This document shows positions 57,600 to 64,000 of a stretch of 64,000 bases of DNA, piece by piece. The translations under genes and the position numbers were made by a program. Under the pieces are notes generated by a model. The model was not told where the DNA came from and did not search any database. It worked only from the letters and a program-made list of their open reading frames with translations. Each line of letters starts with the position of its first letter. The stretch's first letter is position 1. This stretch comes from an uncultured Alphaproteobacteria bacterium (GTDB taxonomy: Bacteria > Pseudomonadota > Alphaproteobacteria > HIMB59 > GCA-002718135): positions 7,153 through 71,152 of the forward strand of contig CACMRK010000003.1 in the NCBI GenBank assembly GCA_902616075.1, written 5' to 3'.

Positions 57600-58684
57600 C
57601 TTATTTTAAATAATTCTTTTATAAATGGTAACTTTGGCATACTTTTAATAATTTTTAACTTAGTTAAAAAATTGGACTCACCCATCATAAAACTTTGGAA
57701 CTCATTTCCATTTAGATTAGAAGCAAGCTTAATAAAAGACTGGCCATCTTCATTATTATTTTTTAAAAAATTAATAAATATTTTGTCCATTTTTCTTTCC
57801 AAAAATTTATGAATATTTACATAGTTTTTTTTTGAATTTTTTAGAAGTTGAATTTGCTTGATGAGAAATGAAAAGGCGTATCCAGTAGAGGGCTTACATG
57901 CACCTCCTCTAATTCCAATATTGAAAATATTTGATCTAGGCGAATTTTTTTCTTCTGCAAAGAACATAGGTATAATGCCTATTTCTGTACTATTTTCTTT
58001 ATAGTCACTAATATTTTTTTCACCTAGGTAGTCATTAATTTTCTCTCTATACCAATTTTTTTTTAAAACTTTTTTTGAAAATACAGTAGACTCAACAAGA
58101 GCTTTATTGTGACTAAATGGTAAAACATAAATAAAATGTAATAGGTTTTTTTCTTTTGTAAAATGCATTAAGGTCAATTTATTTTCATCAAAAGTATTAT
58201 CAGCAACGGTAATATTTATTCCAAAGAAATGTTGTAATAATTCATCTTTTTTTTCTTTTATAGATCTTGAATCATATATTTTTTCAGCATAATACTCATT
58301 GTTATCAGCGGTAATTATTTTAAAATAATTTTTTACAGGTAAATAATTAACAACTTTTTTATTTTTTATTTTTAATTTATTTTTAGTTTTTAAGCAGTAG
58401 TTTTTCCACTTTTTAAAACTAATAACACAATATGGTTTTTCACCACTACTATGTGTTATGTTAATATTTTTATCTCCAATACTCCATTTGTGCCATTTTT
58501 TTTCAATAATATTTTCAAATGGCTTCATCCATTCAGTTAACCAAAAACCAAAAAAATTATCTCTATTATTTATATCTTCATTTTCAAATGCAATAATTTC
58601 GATAGAACTGTCTCCATATAGAATTTTATTAACTGCTAACCCACTAGGACCTAAACCTATTATTGCAGCTTTATAAATTTTCAT
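57596..58684 (-). CDS. crtY: lycopene beta-cyclase (CrtY type)
   Basis: N-terminal dinucleotide fold AAIIGLGPSGLA and HFIYVLPFS (FxYxxP). It lies between crtB and blh. Confidence 0.8.
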   Translation of the reverse strand: MKIYKAAIIGLGPSGLAVNKILYGDSSIEIIAFENEDINNRDNFFGFWLTEWMKPFENIIEKKWHKWSIGDKNINITHSSGEKPYCVISFKKWKNYCLKTKNKLKIKNKKVVNYLPVKNYFKIITADNNEYYAEKIYDSRSIKEKKDELLQHFFGINITVADNTFDENKLTLMHFTKEKNLLHFIYVLPFSHNKALVESTVFSKKVLKKNWYREKINDYLGEKNISDYKENSTEIGIIPMFFAEEKNSPRSNIFNIGIRGGACKPSTGYAFSFLIKQIQLLKNSKKNYVNIHKFLERKMDKIFINFLKNNNEDGQSFIKLASNLNGNEFQSFMMGESNFLTKLKIIKSMPKLPFIKELFKIR

Positions 58685-59552
58685 TAGGTAAGCTTTCTCT
58701 TATTTTTTTATATCGATAATTCATCAAAGGAAGCAAGATGAAAACTAAAACTGATTTAATTGTAATAAGAAATTTTTCAAAAAAATTTAAATATACTCTT
58801 TCTCTAAAATATTTATTTTTTTTAGATTTAATCTTAATACCAATACCTCTATATATATTGGCCGCAATAAAAATTCCTAGCCTAGCAGAGATAGGTATAT
58901 ATTTTAATCCAGCATAACCATTTTGATAAAAGTTTTCTGATAGACTTATTACCCTATTTATTGCATTTGATATTTCTTCGTCTTTATTTGAACTTAATTC
59001 ATCAAGATCGTTTAGGTTTTTTAGTGAAATATCAGGTATCCAATCAGCAGGTAGATATATTCTTTTCATTTTTGCATCTTCGCAAACATCACGAGCTATA
59101 TTTGTTAGTTGCATGCCAATTCCTAAATCAATTGCAGATTTTCCAGCTTTTTCATTTTTTACACCTATAATTTGAGACATCATTAATCCAACAGTACCAG
59201 CAACATGATAAGAATATTTTATGAGCTCTTCTTTGTTTTGTATTCTAATTTTTTTCTGATCCAAGATTAAACCCTCTATTAAATCAATTAATATTGAGTT
59301 TTTAATTTTATTTTTTTGCAAAAAAACATTTATCTTATTGTTTTGATTGTTCTTAATTTCTTCAATTGAGTTTTTTAGAAAGATAGTTTTATCTTCATAA
59401 TGCTTATCAGCAATGTCATCAAAATATCTACAAATTGAATACAGAATACCTGCATTTTTTTTTGAATTTTTTGGTAGAAAAAAACTTGCCCAATAAAAAC
59501 TTTTACCTTCTCTTTTAAGATCTTTCGAGGAATTAAGCTCTAGATCAATCAT
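58671..59552 (-). CDS. crtB: phytoene synthase
   Basis: SFYWASFFLP, Asp-rich YFDDIAD, and NIARDVCEDAKMKRIYLP. Confidence 0.9.
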   Translation of the reverse strand: MIDLELNSSKDLKREGKSFYWASFFLPKNSKKNAGILYSICRYFDDIADKHYEDKTIFLKNSIEEIKNNQNNKINVFLQKNKIKNSILIDLIEGLILDQKKIRIQNKEELIKYSYHVAGTVGLMMSQIIGVKNEKAGKSAIDLGIGMQLTNIARDVCEDAKMKRIYLPADWIPDISLKNLNDLDELSSNKDEEISNAINRVISLSENFYQNGYAGLKYIPISARLGIFIAANIYRGIGIKIKSKKNKYFRERVYLNFFEKFLITIKSVLVFILLPLMNYRYKKIRESLPNENL

Positions 59553-59554
59553 TG

Positions 59555-61030
59555 TTATTTTAATTCAGATTTAATAATATTTTCAACGACTTTGGCTGAA
59601 GAAAGAACTCCGGGTATTCCAGCACCTGGATGAGAACCTGCGGCAGAAAAATATAGGTTTTTAATTTTTTTGTCTTTGTTGTGATATCTAAACCAAGCTG
59701 ACTGAGTAAAAATTGGAGCTATAGAAAAACCTGCGCCATGCATAGAATTATAATCATTTTTAAAATCTTTAGGATTCATCCAAAAAACATCAGTGATGTT
59801 ATTTTCTAAATCTGGCATAATTGTTTGAGATAATTCTTTTACTATTTTATTTTTAAGATTTTCTGATTCAACATCCCAATTAATATTGCCTTGTAAATTA
59901 GGCACAGGGCATAAAACGTAGAAACTATCACAACCTTCTGGAGCAAAAGATTTATCAGTTGCAGTAGGTCTATGAATATATAAAGAAAAATCTTCAGACA
60001 ATATTTTATTTTTAAATATATCATGAAGTAGAGACTTAAATCTTTCAGTCATCCAAATAGTGTGATGGGCGACTTTATGATATTGTGTTTTCGTTCCAAA
60101 AAAAAGCACAAAGAGACCCATTGAATATAATAAGTTTTTTTCTTTTAAGATAGGTCTACTTAAATTTTGCTTTTTTAAAAGTTTGGAATAAACCATTGGT
60201 GGATCAGCATTGCAAACTACCAGATCTAGATCTGTAATTTCTTCATTGTTTGTTAATATTTTTGTAATCTTATTATTTTCAACAATAAGCTCTTTAGCTT
60301 CTGTGTTCGTTTTAACTTTAACACCACAATCGACCATTAATTTTTTTAATTCAGATACAATTTTACCAGTACCTCCCATACAAAAGAATACTCCCCATTT
60401 TCTCTCTAAATAATGAATTAAAGCATAAATTGATGTTGTTGTATGTGGATCACCTCCAACTAAAAGAGGGTGAATTGAAAATGCTTTTCTAAGATAAGGG
60501 TTTTTGAGATAACTATTTACGAGTTGAGATACTGTGAAATAACTTTTTAAAATAATTAAATTAGGAATAACGCCTAGCATTTTAAAAAAAGAGGTGAATG
60601 GTTTGTCTGCTAGTTTTGTAAAACCCACATCAAATATTTTTTTTGATTGATTTAAAAGTTTGTTATATCCTTCTATATCCCTCTTATCAAATTTACTTAT
60701 CTCACTCTTTGTTTTTTCAACTGTAGAACAATAATCAAAAGTCTTGCCGTCATGAAAATAATATCTATACCAGGGTTCAAGAGGAACAAAATTCAAATAA
60801 TCTTCTCTTTTTTTTCCAAATAAACTAAATAATTCATCAAAAAGGAATGGTGCTGTTATGACCGTTGGTCCAGCATCATGTTTGAAACCATTTACTTCAA
60901 AAACTCTTGCTCTTCCTCCAAGCTCGTCTAGTTTTTCAATAATCGTTGTATCATAGCCTAACTTTTTTAATCTTAAGCTAATCGCTATACCTCCAAAACC
61001 ACTTCCTATAACTACTGCTTTTTTTCCCAT
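59555..61030 (-). CDS. crtI: phytoene desaturase
   Basis: KAVVIGSGFGGIA FAD fold, 491 aa, and a C-terminal FSAAGSHPGAGIPGV. Confidence 0.9.
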   Translation of the reverse strand: MGKKAVVIGSGFGGIAISLRLKKLGYDTTIIEKLDELGGRARVFEVNGFKHDAGPTVITAPFLFDELFSLFGKKREDYLNFVPLEPWYRYYFHDGKTFDYCSTVEKTKSEISKFDKRDIEGYNKLLNQSKKIFDVGFTKLADKPFTSFFKMLGVIPNLIILKSYFTVSQLVNSYLKNPYLRKAFSIHPLLVGGDPHTTTSIYALIHYLERKWGVFFCMGGTGKIVSELKKLMVDCGVKVKTNTEAKELIVENNKITKILTNNEEITDLDLVVCNADPPMVYSKLLKKQNLSRPILKEKNLLYSMGLFVLFFGTKTQYHKVAHHTIWMTERFKSLLHDIFKNKILSEDFSLYIHRPTATDKSFAPEGCDSFYVLCPVPNLQGNINWDVESENLKNKIVKELSQTIMPDLENNITDVFWMNPKDFKNDYNSMHGAGFSIAPIFTQSAWFRYHNKDKKIKNLYFSAAGSHPGAGIPGVLSSAKVVENIIKSELK

Positions 61031-61087
61031 TGTTAATTTTGTAATTGTATTTAAATACCTTATTTCTTAATAAATATAATATTATTT

Positions 61088-61600
61088 ATGCTTACAAAGA
61101 CAGATTTATTTGAATTACTTAGTGTAAAAAATAAAGATTTTCAAATTCATGATCATGATCCTTTATTTACAGTAGAAGATTCTGAAAATCTCAGAGGTGA
61201 AATTAAAGGAGCACATACAAAAAATTTATTTTTAAAAAATAAAAAAAATAATTTTTTTCTTTTCAGTTGTGATGAAAATGCAAAGGTTGATTTAAAGCAA
61301 TTTTCTAAATCTATAAATGCTAAGAATTTATCATTTGCTAATGCTGAATATTTAGAAGAATTTTTAGGTATTAAGCCAGGATCAGTCTCGCCATTTGCTC
61401 TCCTTAACGATAAAGATAATGTTGTTGCATTTTACTTAGATGAAAAACTTTTTAACAGTAAAATAATTAACTTCCACCCCCTAATAAATACCACAACTAT
61501 AAGTATAAAGACTTCAGAGTTTATAAACTTCCTCCTTGAAAATAATAAAAAAATTCATATTTTTTCTCTAGATAGTTATAGTATAGTCAAATCTTTATGA
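61088..61600 (+). CDS. YbaK/ProX-type aminoacyl-tRNA editing domain protein
   Basis: HTKNLFLK, GSVSPFAL and FHPL blocks are typical of prolyl-tRNA-synthetase-associated editing domains. Confidence 0.7.
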   Translation: MLTKTDLFELLSVKNKDFQIHDHDPLFTVEDSENLRGEIKGAHTKNLFLKNKKNNFFLFSCDENAKVDLKQFSKSINAKNLSFANAEYLEEFLGIKPGSVSPFALLNDKDNVVAFYLDEKLFNSKIINFHPLINTTTISIKTSEFINFLLENNKKIHIFSLDSYSIVKSL

Positions 61601-62463
61601 GTGAAAATTCAAATATAATCGATGTTACTGAAACAGAGTTTAATGATAAGGTAATTGAGGCAAGTGAAAGTAAATTAATTGTTGTTGATTTTTGGGCTCC
61701 TTGGTGTGGTCCTTGTAAACAGTTAACGCCAATTTTAGAAAAAATAATATTAAAATCAGGAGATAAAGTCACCTTAGTAAAAATTAATATTGATGAAAAT
61801 CAACAAATTGCTGCACAATTAAGAATTCAATCAATTCCTACTGTATATGCATTCAAAAATAAACAAATTGTTAATGCATTTCAAGGCGTTATTCCTGAAG
61901 GTCAGATTATTGAGTTTATTGAAAAATGTTTAGGATCTAAAATTAATGAAGATTTCACTGAATTTTATAATGAAATAGAAAAAGCAATGGCTGAAAGTAA
62001 GTTTGAAGAAACTAAAGACACTCTTCTAGAATTTATTTCTAAAAACTCAGATGAAATTAAAGGTATTTGTTTTTATTTAGAGTGTTTGATTGAGCTTAAA
62101 CAATTTGAAGAGGTTGGGGTGTTTATTAGTTCATTAGAAAAAGATGTGCAAGAAAAGGATCAAGTTAAACAGGTTTTAAAAAAAATGGAAATCGTGAAAA
62201 ATAATTCATCCGGACCAAATATTAATGATTTACTTGGTAAGCTTGAAAGTGAACCAGATAATGTTGATTTAATTTTAGAAATATCAGATAAATATTTTTC
62301 AATGAAAGAATATGAAAAGGGAATGGATTTGCTTCTAAAAAATTATCCAAAAAACAAGGATAGTATAAAAAATAAAATGGTAGAATTTTTTGCTGTACTT
62401 GGAAATACTGATCAAGTTACTATTCAATATAGGAAAAAACTTTCACAATTAATGTTTTCATAA
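61597..62463 (+). CDS. thioredoxin-domain protein with C-terminal TPR-like domain (YbbN/CnoX-like)
   Basis: VVDFWAPWCGPCK thioredoxin motif, followed by a ~180-aa helical-repeat tail. Confidence 0.8.
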   Translation: MSENSNIIDVTETEFNDKVIEASESKLIVVDFWAPWCGPCKQLTPILEKIILKSGDKVTLVKINIDENQQIAAQLRIQSIPTVYAFKNKQIVNAFQGVIPEGQIIEFIEKCLGSKINEDFTEFYNEIEKAMAESKFEETKDTLLEFISKNSDEIKGICFYLECLIELKQFEEVGVFISSLEKDVQEKDQVKQVLKKMEIVKNNSSGPNINDLLGKLESEPDNVDLILEISDKYFSMKEYEKGMDLLLKNYPKNKDSIKNKMVEFFAVLGNTDQVTIQYRKKLSQLMFS

Positions 62464-62464
62464 C

Positions 62465-63058
62465 ATGGAAATCCCTATTTTTCCTTTAAACGGTGCCGTC
62501 CTTTTTCCTGGAACAAGCTTGCCTCTGAATATATTTGAAAAAAGATATATTGAGATGGTAGACTACGCTCTTTCAAAAGAAAGATGTATAGGAATGATAC
62601 AATCTGATGAAAAAAATAAGCTCTATAATATTGGTTGTATTGGGAAAATTCATAGTTTTAGTGAAACAGCAGACGGACGATATTTAATTAGTCTTCAGGG
62701 TACTAATTGTTTTAAAGTTAAGAAAGAGTTAGAAAAAAAATATAAGTTTAGGTTGGTTGAAGCTGAAATGTTGGATTTTGAGGAAGATAAAAACTTTATA
62801 AATGAAAAACAAAAAAATAATCTTTTAGATAAGTATAGCCAATATATTAAAGTCAAAAAAATTAATTTAAACTTAGAAGAAATTCAAAGTATAGATTTTA
62901 ATCAAATTATAAAGTTTATTGCAATGATATCCCCTTTTAGTGACATTGAAAAACAGGTACTTTTGGAAACAAAAAATTTGAGTGATTTTTATAAAAAGCT
63001 TCATTCAATTTTAGAGCTTGAGATAGTTGAAGATAATAATAGTAAAACTATTAATTAA
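62465..63058 (+). CDS. LON substrate-binding (Lon N-terminal) domain protein
   Basis: IPIFPLNGAVLFPGTSLPLNIFEKRYIEMV is the canonical LON N-domain start. Confidence 0.8.
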   Translation: MEIPIFPLNGAVLFPGTSLPLNIFEKRYIEMVDYALSKERCIGMIQSDEKNKLYNIGCIGKIHSFSETADGRYLISLQGTNCFKVKKELEKKYKFRLVEAEMLDFEEDKNFINEKQKNNLLDKYSQYIKVKKINLNLEEIQSIDFNQIIKFIAMISPFSDIEKQVLLETKNLSDFYKKLHSILELEIVEDNNSKTIN

Positions 63059-64000
63059 CACCCATAGCAAAATCACTTATCTGATTTTTTAATTTTTTAC
63101 TTTTCTCTATTAAGTTGATAGTTGAAAATCTTGCATGATTAAAAAATGTGTTGTCTAATTTAAAGACACTATCAACTTTATCAGTAATTTGATATAACCT
63201 ATAGGCTTTAAAAAAATTATTTTTCTGAAATTCTTTACAAAATATCTCATCTCCTAATTCCAAACCTAGAGAGTTATATTTTTTAACAAGATTATATAAA
63301 CTTTCTACATCTTGCATGCCTAGATTCCATCCTTGTCCTGCAATTGGATGAAATGAGTGGGCTGAATCACCTAAATAAATAATTCTATTCTCAAAAAATT
63401 TCGAGTTTAAGTGAGCTTTTAATGGAAAAGTTTGTTTGGTGATTATTTTATTTATCTCCCCTACACTTCCCTGTATCTTTTCGTTTAGAATAGAAATAAT
63501 ATTATTATCATCTAAAGAAAGTAAAGAGTTTATAAATTTATTAGTGTTTGTCCAAACTATGGAACTTTGAAACTGATTTTTATTTTTTTGCATTGGTAAG
63601 ATTGCAAGAGGTCCATTTTTAAAAAAGAACTCATATGCAGTGTTATTGTGATTCTTGGAGTGATAAAAATTTATTACTATTGCCTTTTTTTTATAATCTT
63701 TTCTATAAATTGGTGTTTTAAAAATTTTTCTTATAGAGCTGTTTTTCCCATCACACGCAAATAGAATATTTGTATTAACATAGAAACTATTTTGCTTGGT
63801 TATGATCCTATCGCCTTGATAAAAAATATCTTTAATAGAAACATTATTAAAAATTTCTACATTTTTTTGTTTTTGTAATTTTTTATACAAGCAATGAAGT
63901 ATAAATTCGTTTTTAACTATATATCCAAGATTGGATTTTCTTCTTTGGTTGTCAAAATAAATTTTGTTTGATTGATTTCTGTCTATTATCTGAATATTCT
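63051..64000 (-). CDS. UbiH/UbiF/Coq6-family FAD-dependent ubiquinone hydroxylase (N-terminus outside window)
   Basis: GDSAHSFHPIAGQGWNLGMQDV motif. The frame stays open upstream of the ORF-track TTG at 63890 all the way to base 64000 (hand-translated ...LGYIVKNEFILHCLYKKL), so the gene continues beyond the window. Confidence 0.8.
   Translation of the reverse strand, partial: NIQIIDRNQSNKIYFDNQRRKSNLGYIVKNEFILHCLYKKLQKQKNVEIFNNVSIKDIFYQGDRIITKQNSFYVNTNILFACDGKNSSIRKIFKTPIYRKDYKKKAIVINFYHSKNHNNTAYEFFFKNGPLAILPMQKNKNQFQSSIVWTNTNKFINSLLSLDDNNIISILNEKIQGSVGEINKIITKQTFPLKAHLNSKFFENRIIYLGDSAHSFHPIAGQGWNLGMQDVESLYNLVKKYNSLGLELGDEIFCKEFQKNNFFKAYRLYQITDKVDSVFKLDNTFFNHARFSTINLIEKSKKLKNQISDFAMGVN

Overview
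The window is a very AT-rich, tightly packed bacterial chromosome segment. Many start and stop codons overlap or abut. Gene content indicates a streamlined marine alphaproteobacterium, most likely SAR11/Pelagibacterales. The supporting markers are GcrA, the rpoH-carD-fdxA-helicase neighbourhood, rsmB-heparinase-like-purH synteny and a crtI-crtB-crtY-blh retinal operon. This assignment is inference from motifs only, since no database search was possible. Most of the window is core metabolism and housekeeping: dxs, panB, acnA, a complete ccmABCDEFGH operon, folD, argG, acs, tdk, tsaD, purH and ubiquinone hydroxylase. One tRNA-Gly(GCC) is present. I found no rRNA, CRISPR array, transposase, integrase or prophage.

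The regions that deserve a second look are:
1. An 8.3 kb accessory island (48.3-56.65 kb) sits against the 3' end of tRNA-Gly. It encodes only tailoring-type enzymes (2OG/Fe oxygenase-like, methyltransferases, an AsnB-like amidotransferase, GT-like proteins), arranged with strictly alternating strands.
2. A 58-aa protein made only of M, A, K, P and R is encoded by an in-frame tandem repeat. It lies behind the longest non-coding spacer and a structured leader (16.3-16.9 kb).
3. Two tandem TPR + GT9-like fusion paralogues are followed by another GT-like gene (33.4-37.7 kb).
4. purH is split exactly at its interdomain linker.
5. An ECF sigma/ChrR pair has an anti-sigma factor that has lost all zinc ligands.
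6. A calcineurin-like phosphoesterase has every catalytic motif degenerate.
7. Two tandem aldo/keto reductase paralogues share a 107-nt identical tract.
8. A Mic60/HemX-like coiled-coil membrane protein lies next to a HemY-like gene.

All product calls rest on motifs I recognise in the supplied translations. Coordinates of small or hand-read features were counted manually.
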